IMG/VR virus record: IMGVR_UViG_3300047160_014545
Coordinates: 17,625-81,624 of that record
Source: a virus
Taxonomy: Duplodnaviria; Caudoviricetes
DNA: 64,000 nucleotides
Direction: 5' to 3' (one strand)
This document shows positions 18,322-27,064 of the stretch, piece after piece. The notes below the pieces were generated by a model, which had not been told where the DNA came from, ran no database searches, and saw only the letters and a program-made list of their open reading frames with translations. The position numbers and the translations under genes were made by a program. The first letter of the stretch is position 1. Every line of letters begins with the position of its first letter.

Positions 18322-19931
18322 GCGACGTTGAGCCGTTCGGCATCCATGTTGCGCCAGTTCTCTTCGAGGTGGTCCACCAAACGTAGCCTGGGGCGCTCTC
18401 CGGAGGCGCTGGAGCGCTGTTGTTGCCCGGGGGCTAGTTGGGTAGCCTCCTGGCCTTCCCCCCTCTTAGCGGGCTCCCCAGGGCGCGGCAGAGCATGTTG
18501 CGGGCCACCGCCAAATGCACCTAGCTCTTCGAGGCCCGGCGGAGCCGGCGGCGGAGCCGATTTGAGCTCCTCGATGTATTCGTCGGTAATGTTCGAGAAC
18601 ACCCCGGTCTTGCGCGAAGCCTCCCGCAATTCCTCGGCGGCGATGGCGAGATTGATGATTCCGTCGGCAAGCGCGTTCGAAACTGCCTGCGTGGTTTGCA
18701 CCGAAATTTGCGCCTTCTCGGCTTCCTGCAGCTGCCACAGCGTTTTGAACCGGAAATCAAAATTCTCGGGAATGGCGATGCCTTCGCTGCGCGCCATCAT
18801 TTTGTAGATTTTGTTGACCGGCTCGTGCAAGTGCCTTTCTTGCTGCGAATTAATCCCGTCGTAGTACATTCGCAGGTCGCTCTCGCCGGTCGAGTTGAGA
18901 CCAGCGGGCGACATCCCGAACAGCCGCACCAACGGGATCTGCAACGCTCCGGCTAGCTGCTGCCCGAGTTGCAGCAGACCATCCGACATCCCGGTAAAAT
19001 TGCTTTGATTGACCGACCCGAAATCGTCTTCGCCATCGAGCATCGTCACACCCTCGACGCCCTGGAACTTGCGCATCATCTCGACGTAGTTGATGACACC
19101 GCGAAGCTGGTCGTCGCCGGCATAGATGATCTGACGCATTCCCTTGATTTTAAGCCACCGCAAATATGATTTATATATACTCTGCGAAAGGCCCTGGGTA
19201 GCGCTGTCAAAACCGATCATGCGGTCGTAGAGGCGCTCGAGCACCGAAATCGACCACATGTTTTCCATGACTCGCTGCGCATAAGGCAGCCGCACACCCT
19301 CCATGCGGAGCACCCGCGAATAATGCACTTGCTGCCCGGTGAGTGCGGGAGCCAACGCCAGCACATGGTAATATTCCGGCATCCCGAGGTCGGGCCCAAA
19401 TTCTTTGACCAGGTTGGTGAGCGAAGGCTCGACCATCCAGCGATCGAGCACCGTCAAACCGCGGAAGTCGTTTTTGCCCACGGTCTCGATGCGCAAGGGT
19501 TGGGAGACGTCCTGGCCTTCGATCAGCATTACAGCGATAGCCCCGCCATAAAGCCGGCCCCACTTGATGGTATCGTTGATTTCCGGCCACAGGTTCAGCC
19601 GGCGCGCCAAATTCTGTAATTCCTCGATGTCGTCGGGCGGCATCGTCGAAGTGATTTCGATGCCCGCTTTGGTCATGTCATCGGCGACGAGGTCAATCGC
19701 CACCCCACCCAACCAGCTACCGCGATGAATCCACTCGAGCAACGTTCTGTTGCGAGTGATCGGGTTGAAACCATAGGTGCTCTGGCTGAGCGCATTGTTG
19801 GTACCGACACCAAGCGACAGGCCGAAATTTTGAAACGAATCGCGGAATTGCGCGGAGCCGAAATAGCTCTGCATTTTTTCGTTTTGCTCGGCGAGCGCGC
19901 GAGCGTCAGCGATCGGATTCGGATCAGCCAT
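18318..19931 (-). CDS. Portal protein (DUF1073)
   Basis: 537 aa; VAIDLVADDMTKAG...WGRLYGGA...IPLVRLFGMSPAGLNSTGESDLRMYYD. Confidence 0.9.
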   Translation of the reverse strand: MADPNPIADARALAEQNEKMQSYFGSAQFRDSFQNFGLSLGVGTNNALSQSTYGFNPITRNRTLLEWIHRGSWLGGVAIDLVADDMTKAGIEITSTMPPDDIEELQNLARRLNLWPEINDTIKWGRLYGGAIAVMLIEGQDVSQPLRIETVGKNDFRGLTVLDRWMVEPSLTNLVKEFGPDLGMPEYYHVLALAPALTGQQVHYSRVLRMEGVRLPYAQRVMENMWSISVLERLYDRMIGFDSATQGLSQSIYKSYLRWLKIKGMRQIIYAGDDQLRGVINYVEMMRKFQGVEGVTMLDGEDDFGSVNQSNFTGMSDGLLQLGQQLAGALQIPLVRLFGMSPAGLNSTGESDLRMYYDGINSQQERHLHEPVNKIYKMMARSEGIAIPENFDFRFKTLWQLQEAEKAQISVQTTQAVSNALADGIINLAIAAEELREASRKTGVFSNITDEYIEELKSAPPPAPPGLEELGAFGGGPQHALPRPGEPAKRGEGQEATQLAPGQQQRSSASGERPRLRLVDHLEENWRNMDAERLNVA

Positions 19932-20212
19932 AAATATAATATATTATTTTTTGATAAAGCTAAGGAGTTTCGGCAAACCCGGGAAAACATTATCTCCGTT
20001 GGTTTTGACAACGCAGCGATTGCGCGGTGTGGCACAGCGCATCGCTGTTGCGGGGAGCAGCCTTTTTTCGGTTGGCGCATCGTGGCGCAAGGTATCGGCT
20101 CTCGGGATTTCGGGCGAGGTTTGCAATTGCCAACCGAATTTATCGAAGATAAAAGTTTGATAATATATGATCATACTACTGGCAGAGACTCGCAAAGAGA
20201 GGAGGTAGGATC

Positions 20213-20461
20213 ATGCTCTGTCCCAAATGTCACAGGGAAATGCGCCACATTGGCATAAGCCTAATTCGAGGCGAGCACGAAATTCTCGGTAATGACGCTT
20301 CTTGGGATGACGGACATGCAATAACTTCCGACAAATACGAATGTGCAACCTGCGGCATTACCGCGCTTTCCCAAGAAGATAATGATAATTACAATTATAC
20401 AGAACAGTCCCGATCCAATATCGTTTCTGTAGTAATTTCATTAAAACCGGCAAATAAATAA
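20213..20461 (+). CDS. Small Zn-finger-like moron gene, antisense to the packaging operon
   Basis: CPKC...CATC; strong RBS GAGGAGG; AT-rich flanks. Confidence 0.65.
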   Translation: MLCPKCHREMRHIGISLIRGEHEILGNDASWDDGHAITSDKYECATCGITALSQEDNDNYNYTEQSRSNIVSVVISLKPANK

Positions 20462-20564
20462 CAGACGCCGATTTCATCATACTACTTGGCGCAGCAATCT
20501 TGCCTTCGGCTCTAGGATGAAACAGGCGACGTGCTGACCAATCCCGGGACCAGGACTGCCATCT

Positions 20565-20771
20565 TCAGCCTAAAGAAAATATTTCTTTGGCGCTAATAAC
20601 TTCTTTACCATATCGGTATTCTATCCAAAGCATGAACCAAGGGAGTTGGATTTTGGATTTAAACCCGAAACAGAGGTGAGGCTTGAGCATACAATCGTAG
20701 GCCGGCCGCCATATGTCGTAGGCTGAGAGTAGTTTGACTGTTGGCATTATTCGTCTCTTTCTTGTCGTCAT
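20565..20771 (-). CDS. Hypothetical protein
   Basis: ATGA overlap with the TerL stop. Confidence 0.4.
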   Translation of the reverse strand: MTTRKRRIMPTVKLLSAYDIWRPAYDCMLKPHLCFGFKSKIQLPWFMLWIEYRYGKEVISAKEIFSLG

Positions 20772-22135
20772 TGCCCGAGCTTGCGCCACATTTCGAGGTC
20801 GACGACGCTTTCGTCGACGAGAAGATCGGTTATTGCCCAGACGAGCGCATCGACTCTATCGGGTGAAGCGGCTTTGTCGTTGGCGACGAGCGCGCTGCCG
20901 CGGTCTTTTGGGTCGACAACGAAATTGACCATTTGGTCTTCGAGGTCAGCAAAGTTCCCGACATGGTGCACCCGCTTTTGCTCGTAGAGAGCCGCCACGG
21001 GTTCGGCGCGCACATATTTTCCTCGAGTGGCTTTAACCTGCTGATAGCTTATCGAGGCATCAATCATGCGCATGGTATTTTCGACCATGTCGCCGCCGTT
21101 GTTGGTTTCGGCTACGACGCGATCGGCGCGCCAGGTTTTATAGAGATGAACAACCTTGCTCGCCCACTCCAACGGCGAGTAGCGCCCGCTCTCATCGGCA
21201 AGGACAAAGCCATGACCCGCGCTGTTGCGGCCGGCAACGATGATTCCGGTTTCGTCCGACTCCTCACCCATGGTCATAGCAGGGTCCACCGCGACCACGA
21301 TACGAGCGAAATTGCGTGGTCTGCCGCTGGTTTGAAATTCGATGTCCTCTGCTTTGGCACGAGTTTCATCGATCATCTGATGGGTCCAGAGCGCGCCTTC
21401 GAGCTGCTCCAGAATTTCGGCGTTGAGCTCCTGGCGACCGAGCCGGGTGCCCTCATATTTGCGAATTATCTGGGCAAAAAATGCGTCGGGTAAATTGGCG
21501 CGGTTTTCGTAGGTTGAGCCGCGGGTGACCGCGGTATTTGGATCGGCAATTAAATTTCGAATAATCTGAATAGGCTTAGGAGTGGTAGTAACTACCACGC
21601 GCGGGTCCGCGCCCAAGCGAAGGCCGAACATCAGCATGTCCCAGGCTTCGGGGTAGCGCCAAGACCCCAATTCATCACACCAAGAAGCATCATGAGAAGG
21701 GCCCCGAAGGCGCTCAGGTTCGTCGGCGCTGTAGGTTGTCGCCATGCCGCCGTTGGGCCAGATGATTTCGCTTTTGGTGCCGATATACCGCGGGCGCTCG
21801 GAAATTCGCCCAACCGATAATATTCCGCTCTCGCCCTCGACCATCACTCGGCGCACATCACCGGCGGTCGGAGCGACCAGCGCCATGCGGCGGCGGCCAT
21901 GATGCATGATCTGGTCGTGCACCCACTCGGCACCGCTCCGGGTTTTGCCTAGACCGCGACCCCCAAGCAGCAACCAGGTGCGCCAGTTTCCTGGCGGAGG
22001 CAGCTGATTAGGACGAGCCCAGAATGTCCAATCGTTTTCGAGAGCTTCGAGATCGGCGTCAGTTAGCCCCTGCAGCACTTTCGCTCGTTGCTGCGGCGGC
22101 AGCGAGGCGATCGAAGCGGCGTTCAAGACGGGCAC
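20768..22135 (-). CDS. terL: Terminase large subunit
   Basis: Walker A GGRGLGKT, LRGP...WCDE, nuclease motifs VAVDPA...DETG...SPDRVDAL. Confidence 0.95.
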   Translation of the reverse strand: MPVLNAASIASLPPQQRAKVLQGLTDADLEALENDWTFWARPNQLPPPGNWRTWLLLGGRGLGKTRSGAEWVHDQIMHHGRRRMALVAPTAGDVRRVMVEGESGILSVGRISERPRYIGTKSEIIWPNGGMATTYSADEPERLRGPSHDASWCDELGSWRYPEAWDMLMFGLRLGADPRVVVTTTPKPIQIIRNLIADPNTAVTRGSTYENRANLPDAFFAQIIRKYEGTRLGRQELNAEILEQLEGALWTHQMIDETRAKAEDIEFQTSGRPRNFARIVVAVDPAMTMGEESDETGIIVAGRNSAGHGFVLADESGRYSPLEWASKVVHLYKTWRADRVVAETNNGGDMVENTMRMIDASISYQQVKATRGKYVRAEPVAALYEQKRVHHVGNFADLEDQMVNFVVDPKDRGSALVANDKAASPDRVDALVWAITDLLVDESVVDLEMWRKLGQ

Positions 22136-22664
22136 GGACGTTTGATGCCTCCGGCGCTGAATCTGCGCCTTCTGGGGTTTCGAGTGCTCGAGCCTCTTTC
22201 CAGCCGCAGCGGGTTTTGGCCCAGAAAATTGCTGCCGTTACAGTAGCGGATGTTACCCCGATATGACGGATGGCAAGCGTGCCATTTTTTTTGGTGTAGG
22301 TTTCGCGCCCGGTGGCGGCATCGTAGAGAAACCGCCCGACGGCAGCATTAGCGATGGTCGAGCCGTCGATAAGCTCGGCGACAAAATGTTTGTTCAGCGT
22401 GAGAACGGAGATGCGCAGCACCGCCGCGATTTTTTCCTGCGGGATGCCGACACCGGACATCGCCTGCACTTTTTCCCGGTCGCCCTGAGAGGGGACCCAC
22501 GCTCTGGGCCCTACACGAGCAGCGCCGGCTGCGAGCGACACAACGTTTGTAGCCAGCAGCTCCGGGGGCAGAGTTTTCGGCTTGGTTTTGCTACCCTTCG
22601 GGCGGCCCCGGCCACGCTTCACCGGAATTTCCGCCGCCGCAGAATGCGCCTTTGAGGCGTCCAA
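22059..22664 (-). CDS. terS: Terminase small subunit
   Basis: HTH (VQAMSGVGIPQEKIAAVLRISVLTLNKHF) and AAIFWAKTRCGW; immediately upstream of TerL. Confidence 0.8.
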   Translation of the reverse strand: MDASKAHSAAAEIPVKRGRGRPKGSKTKPKTLPPELLATNVVSLAAGAARVGPRAWVPSQGDREKVQAMSGVGIPQEKIAAVLRISVLTLNKHFVAELIDGSTIANAAVGRFLYDAATGRETYTKKNGTLAIRHIGVTSATVTAAIFWAKTRCGWKEARALETPEGADSAPEASNVRARLERRFDRLAAAAATSESAAGAN

Positions 22665-22708
22665 CCCACTACCCCTTAGAAGATAATTTCGGGATCGTGA
22701 GCAAGCCT

Positions 22709-22735
22709 TGTCAAGATTTTTGGAAGGATGTCAAG
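22709..22735. promoter_or_regulatory. Tandem TGTCAAG (TTGACA on minus strand) with 20-bp period upstream of terS
   Basis: TGTCAAG at 22709 and 22729; same arrangement at 41406/41426. Confidence 0.4.
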
Positions 22736-22797
22736 ATATTTTTACGCTTTCTACCCCGGAATGTGCGAACAGCGCGGGCCGTCACAAAATACGGTGG

Positions 22798-22821
22798 TTA
22801 ACAAAGGTTAAGATATGTTAA
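22798..22821 (-). promoter_or_regulatory. Three phased TTAAC half-sites (10-bp period)
   Basis: Minus strand reads TTAACATATC-TTAACCTTTG-TTAACC. Confidence 0.35.
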
Positions 22822-23018
22822 TGTGCATCGCGTAGCTCCCACCGGGAGAAGGAGCAACGAGGGGGATGCAGCTAACAATTTGGGAGACAATTCGGCTCAC
22901 CACGTTTAGCGGATTGATATCCGCAGCGATATGGGCTGGGATAATTTGGCTGATTATCACAACCTTATGAACAGAGCGATCCTGGCGAGCATATATCCCC
23001 CCACAGGAGGATATCCTG

Positions 23019-23195
23019 TCAATATTGCCAGGTCACGAGCGTAACGCCGCTGATCGCGCTGCACAGCAGGCTTCCCACCTGGACAATCCGGGTCGAATGG
23101 GGAAAGGGTGGCAGATCGTCGCCGCAAAGAGATCGCTCTACAAGCCAGCTGGTGATCGGACCCCCGATTAGGAATGCGTCCAGAAAAATGTTCAT
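23019..23195 (-). CDS. Small hydrophobic protein (58 aa)
   Basis: Hand translation MNIFLDAFLIGGPITSWLV...; ATGA overlap with the DUF6065 stop. Confidence 0.45.
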   Translation of the reverse strand: MNIFLDAFLIGGPITSWLVERSLCGDDLPPFPHSTRIVQVGSLLCSAISGVTLVTWQY

Positions 23196-23926
23196 CTCTC
23201 GGCTGCCCGGCGTTTGCGCACGCCCACAGCGTAGCTGCCTATCTGTCGCTTCGCATCCTGGGATGGCTCGACAACGGTTCGCTCATAAACCTCCCATGCT
23301 GCCGCCGGCATCTCGTCGAGCGTGGCGATGCTTGCAACGACCGAGCAGGCCGAGCGCGGGAGCGGCATTACCGTCAGTAGTGGGTGGAAAGCCGGGAACC
23401 GGATCGGCGTATCGGTCGCGATCAGCCGAATGTTGATAAACAGCGGCCCGCACCAGGTGTCCGTCTCTACCAGGCCCTCATAAGCCTGGAAAGAACCAGA
23501 ATGGGCTATATTCGGCGGCATCCGAATCAGCGTGTTCCAGCCAGGTGCGGTCTTGATTATACAGCCGGACCAAATCTGAATGATGCCGGGCGCACCTAAT
23601 CGAGTGAGCCAAGGCGGACAATAAGCTCGGCAATCAGGCAAGGCCAGTTCCTCGAACACCGAGAGCGCACCCGGATATTGGATGGCATCCCGCAGCGGAT
23701 ACCATCCATCGTCGTTATCGAATGCCCACCAGATATCGTGACCGTCCCACTGCAGCTGAAATCCGACCGGCGGGTAGACGTAATAGCCCAGAGCGCTGGC
23801 CGACGTGAGAGCCTCGCAGTAGCGATGCCCCCGCGTCGGCAGCTCCCCCCGAGCCGACCGGTCACCCCGCTCAGGCGGTTTGCCGCCTAAGACTTGCCAT
23901 AGAGAGAGGATCGGCTCGGCTGACAT
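23192..23926 (-). CDS. DUF6065-like protein
   Basis: SALGYYVYPPVGFQLQWDG...IKTAPGWNTLIRMPPN...YEGLVETD...PLFINIRL. Confidence 0.65.
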   Translation of the reverse strand: MSAEPILSLWQVLGGKPPERGDRSARGELPTRGHRYCEALTSASALGYYVYPPVGFQLQWDGHDIWWAFDNDDGWYPLRDAIQYPGALSVFEELALPDCRAYCPPWLTRLGAPGIIQIWSGCIIKTAPGWNTLIRMPPNIAHSGSFQAYEGLVETDTWCGPLFINIRLIATDTPIRFPAFHPLLTVMPLPRSACSVVASIATLDEMPAAAWEVYERTVVEPSQDAKRQIGSYAVGVRKRRAAER

Positions 23927-24019
23927 TTACTTGCTCTGCGCTGGAGCTTGTCCGCCGCCTACACGGACGCGGCCGGGATCGCGGGTCGATGTCGGTGCGG
24001 TCGGGTGCTTCGTCGTCAT
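23927..24019 (-). CDS. 30-aa peptide MTTKHPTAPTSTRDPGRVRVGGGQAPAQSK
   Basis: RBS-like GAAAGG upstream; its TAA directly abuts the DUF6065 ATG. Confidence 0.55.
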   Translation of the reverse strand: MTTKHPTAPTSTRDPGRVRVGGGQAPAQSK

Positions 24020-24237
24020 GATCATATACCTTTCGTTGAGAAAGGTCCGAGCCGAACCCGTCAGCAGCCGACAAGTTTGTGCCGTGAACAAAGTGGCCCG
24101 TGGTCCAGTTGTCACCTTGCCGGCATCGAGCAGATCGGCCCGAACCGAGCGAAGGAATACAGTGGTCGGCGTCAGCAACTCGTCCCGATTAGCGTGAATG
24201 ACTGTGAAAAAATCGGGAATAATATGTCAGCGCGCCG

Positions 24238-24456
24238 TCAAATCGACATGGTAGCCGGAGCATAGGTTCCTCTCTCGCGAGCCACCGCTTCGGCAAAATC
24301 TGCTACCGGCATTCGATAGCATCGGTCGATCGGCCAGAATTGAGAGGCGACGCCAGGAGGCCATACCTGATAGAGCACCTGCCCGCGCCAGATCTCATGC
24401 ACGGCGATCCCGTAACCATTCGGAAAATCTATGCAGCTGGGGACTTTGATGACCAA
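24238..24456 (-). CDS. Hypothetical protein
   Basis: 72 aa in a tightly packed leftward cluster. Confidence 0.45.
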   Translation of the reverse strand: MVIKVPSCIDFPNGYGIAVHEIWRGQVLYQVWPPGVASQFWPIDRCYRMPVADFAEAVARERGTYAPATMSI

Positions 24457-24458
24457 CG

Positions 24459-24671
24459 TCAGCGCACCGTCAAATCGACATCGGCGAGCACGACCGCGAA
24501 TTGGTTCGCAGCATCGTGGATCGTCGACAGGATGCGGTCGCCATTGACCGTGATCCTGCCATCGCGGACCGTGATGCGGATGCGGTCCTCGCCATCACCA
24601 AACACGATCCGGCTGCAGCCGGTGAGGTCGATCTGCTTTGCCGGAGCATACCAGTCGGCGGTGATCTTCAT
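24459..24671 (-). CDS. Hypothetical protein
   Basis: 70 aa, coupled. Confidence 0.5.
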   Translation of the reverse strand: MKITADWYAPAKQIDLTGCSRIVFGDGEDRIRITVRDGRITVNGDRILSTIHDAANQFAVVLADVDLTVR

Positions 24672-24868
24672 GGGTTTGCCCTATCCATTGCGTCTCGGTG
24701 TTTACGCCATTCTCGGTATTGGGCGCTGGCCCGAAAATCCTCGCCGAATACAGTGGACACCCAACCGCATGAGCAGCTCAACTGCCGACAAGAAGAGTCC
24801 GTCATCCCCATATACCGATGCGCAACGGATTTCAGCACCCGATCGGTCGTCTGCGGTTGGTCAGTCAT
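24668..24868 (-). CDS. Hypothetical protein (CSCGW motif)
   Basis: 66 aa, coupled. Confidence 0.5.
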   Translation of the reverse strand: MTDQPQTTDRVLKSVAHRYMGMTDSSCRQLSCSCGWVSTVFGEDFRASAQYREWRKHRDAMDRANP

Positions 24869-25079
24869 CTTCTCGCTCCAGAAAAATGGTGACTGGATAG
24901 ACCTTGCCTTCGCCGGCAGCGAGCCGCGTAGCCTCGGCTTTGTCGCGGATCGAGTTGACGATTATGCGTCCTCTCGCATCAAGCATTGCCCAGCCGGTTG
25001 CCCTAAGCACCTTACGGCCCCTGCCGCGCTTAGAAAGCTGAGCCAGCAATTCCGGCGGCAATCCTTCGTGGTCAGTCAT
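24861..25079 (-). CDS. Hypothetical protein
   Basis: 72 aa. Confidence 0.5.
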   Translation of the reverse strand: MTDHEGLPPELLAQLSKRGRGRKVLRATGWAMLDARGRIIVNSIRDKAEATRLAAGEGKVYPVTIFLEREDD

Positions 25080-25118
25080 GGTTCGACCTCACATTTGGAC
25101 ATCTTGCCCCCTACTCAT

Positions 25119-25334
25119 TTACTGAACGTCAAATGGACACGCCTCTAAGGTCCAGCCACCATTTTTGTATAGGGTTGTGATCCCACAGCCCTTTTCGTCC
25201 CAATCAATAACCATGTGCTTTGATAAAACGTCCGAGGGTAAATCTTGATATTGGTAAGTTGTCATATTAGGAAACGCAATAACTACATAAAAGGCAACTG
25301 GAAGGATATTCATCTTTGCTCCTGATTTCCACAT
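25119..25334 (-). CDS. Hypothetical protein, AT-rich
   Basis: 71 aa with hydrophobic N-terminus. Confidence 0.45.
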   Translation of the reverse strand: MWKSGAKMNILPVAFYVVIAFPNMTTYQYQDLPSDVLSKHMVIDWDEKGCGITTLYKNGGWTLEACPFDVQ

Positions 25335-25399
25335 TCCTCGCGGCTATCATCTAAACACCTTCCCAATGTGGCGGGCCAGCGCCAACGGGATGCGCGCGA

Positions 25400-25711
25400 T
25401 CATCGCCGAGGCGTTTTGTTGAGAGCATGGGCGAGCGCGGCCCGCGCCTGTTGCATGTAGCTGACACTCTCCGGGATCAGCCTGTCAGTAGCTATCACCC
25501 TCAAGATGTCGTCGAGAGCGTGGTAGAGATCAGGAGCGGCGGCGATCAGAGCAGCGTTAGCACTATTCTCGCGATCATCTGCCGACGTGAAACCGCCCTC
25601 GTAAAGAGAGCCGCCTTCATGGCAAAGATAGCTGAATGGCAAGTCGCCTTCAGTGTCCGGGCGGTGATGCTCGAACCACCAAGGGCCATCGGTGAATTTT
25701 GGCTCTGTCAT
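25400..25711 (-). CDS. Conserved phage protein (TxGPW...NAALIAAAPDL family)
   Basis: Signature motif seen directly. Confidence 0.65.
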   Translation of the reverse strand: MTEPKFTDGPWWFEHHRPDTEGDLPFSYLCHEGGSLYEGGFTSADDRENSANAALIAAAPDLYHALDDILRVIATDRLIPESVSYMQQARAALAHALNKTPRR

Positions 25712-25717
25712 TTTCAA

Positions 25718-25979
25718 TCCGCCGCTATCTCGAGGAAGAGGGGGGCGCGCCGGCGCGCGGGGACCGGTTATAACAGAGGCAAGCGCTAAATTCGGGACAG
25801 GTTTCGTCAATCGCCATGAAGTCCCAATCTGGGCAGTAGTGTTTGAAATGGCCGCTCAATTCGGCATATCGCTCTGTTTCACGGTCATACGTTTCCTGAC
25901 TGTCCGCCATGTTGCCCCACTTCACTCGATCCTCCATCAGTCCGCCGCTATCTCGAGGAAGAGGGGCGCGTCGGCGCGC
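25718..25979. repeat. About 40-bp imperfect direct repeat (25718-25758 and 25941-25979)
   Basis: tccgccgctatctcgaggaagagggg(gg)cgcg(c/t)cggcgcgc in both copies. Confidence 0.85.
25725..25937 (-). CDS. Small protein between the repeats (HYCPDWDFMAIDETCPEFSAC)
   Basis: 70 aa. Confidence 0.5.
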   Translation of the reverse strand: MEDRVKWGNMADSQETYDRETERYAELSGHFKHYCPDWDFMAIDETCPEFSACLCYNRSPRAGAPPSSSR

Positions 25980-26018
25980 AGGCGGATCACTCGATTCGCT
26001 CCCACTGCACCAGCTATT

Positions 26019-26330
26019 TCACGTGCTCAACACCAAAGCTGTCCGGCGATCTAAAATCGGTCCATAATCCCGATCATCTTCTTCTCCTACCGCAATCCAG
26101 CCGCCTTCCCAGGTATAGGTTCGCGGCTTTATCGGAATTCCTCTCTCATCCTCAGATGGACCGAAATAGTCCTTTGGGCCGAAGAAAAACGCCTGCGCGA
26201 CGGTCATCTCAGAGACTAAGCCACTGTAAAATTCATCACTACATTTAAACATAATCAGCGCGTCCGGCGGTAATTTCTCCAACTTCGCCATGAGCTCTCT
26301 CGCCGTTACGATCGTTTCCTCATCAGACAT
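26019..26330 (-). CDS. Hypothetical protein
   Basis: 103 aa, TARELMAKLEKLPPDA. Confidence 0.55.
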   Translation of the reverse strand: MSDEETIVTARELMAKLEKLPPDALIMFKCSDEFYSGLVSEMTVAQAFFFGPKDYFGPSEDERGIPIKPRTYTWEGGWIAVGEEDDRDYGPILDRRTALVLST

Positions 26331-26379
26331 AGCTATTGCCCCACACAGTCACTCGACCCTCGTCCAAGGCATTTGCTCG

Positions 26380-26745
26380 TCAGCCATTTCGGATCTTCTC
26401 GGCGATAGAAAAAGCAGTCACCCAGTCGGCCTCTTCTGCATCGGCGATCTTAGCGCAGCGCTCGCGCTCCTCACGCCGCACCGACGCAATGATCTTCGCG
26501 AGCTGGTGTTGATCAATGATCCTGGCCAGTAGGCGATGGTGACGATGGTCCAAGGTGAAGCCGGTAGCGCAAAACTCGGCCGCGATTTCCTCATCGCGCG
26601 GACTCGGCTTTGGGATCGCTTCGTCAGCTTTCCCGCGCATTGGCCCACTCGAGAATTTTGCGCGCAAGCGCCAGCGTGGCGTTCCTGCCGCGTCCGCCTC
26701 TGCCTGCGAACGGAAAGAAATCACAGATTTTATTCCCCGTGGCAT
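26380..26745 (-). CDS. Hypothetical protein
   Basis: C-terminal ERERCAKIAD...IAEKIRNG, typical of phage accessory genes; start uncertain. Confidence 0.45.
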   Translation of the reverse strand: MPRGIKSVISFRSQAEADAAGTPRWRLRAKFSSGPMRGKADEAIPKPSPRDEEIAAEFCATGFTLDHRHHRLLARIIDQHQLAKIIASVRREERERCAKIADAEEADWVTAFSIAEKIRNG

Positions 26746-27064
26746 CGACGATGCTTAGATACCCGTGGCTTTGGATGTTGTGCTCTTCCAGCCGCCAAGG
26801 ATGCGGCGCGTCTCGACTCGAGCTTGGGGTCGTCTCATCCGCCATGCTGCACCCCCTCTTACCTCGGCCTGAGGGATCGATCGTTTCTGTCATGTCACAC
26901 CCTCTTTAATTTCAGCTTGGATTGCGTAAAAAATCCTCTCCCATGCAGCGGCAGACAGATCTCCCGGCGCAGTAATCGCCAGCAGCTGAATCAAACCATC
27001 CCGAAGCTCCGCAACAGACAAGTAGCGATCGGTCGTCTGCTTTGCGTCGCTCATACTACCCCCC

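Noticed and set aside
18318-19931. Anti-CBASS Acb1 function for the DUF1073 gene
   Set aside because: No 2H phosphoesterase HxT motifs seen; size and position fit a plain portal protein.
19944-20195. ORFs 19944-20195 (-) and 19951-20160 (+)
   Set aside because: No RBS or recognisable features; probably intergenic.
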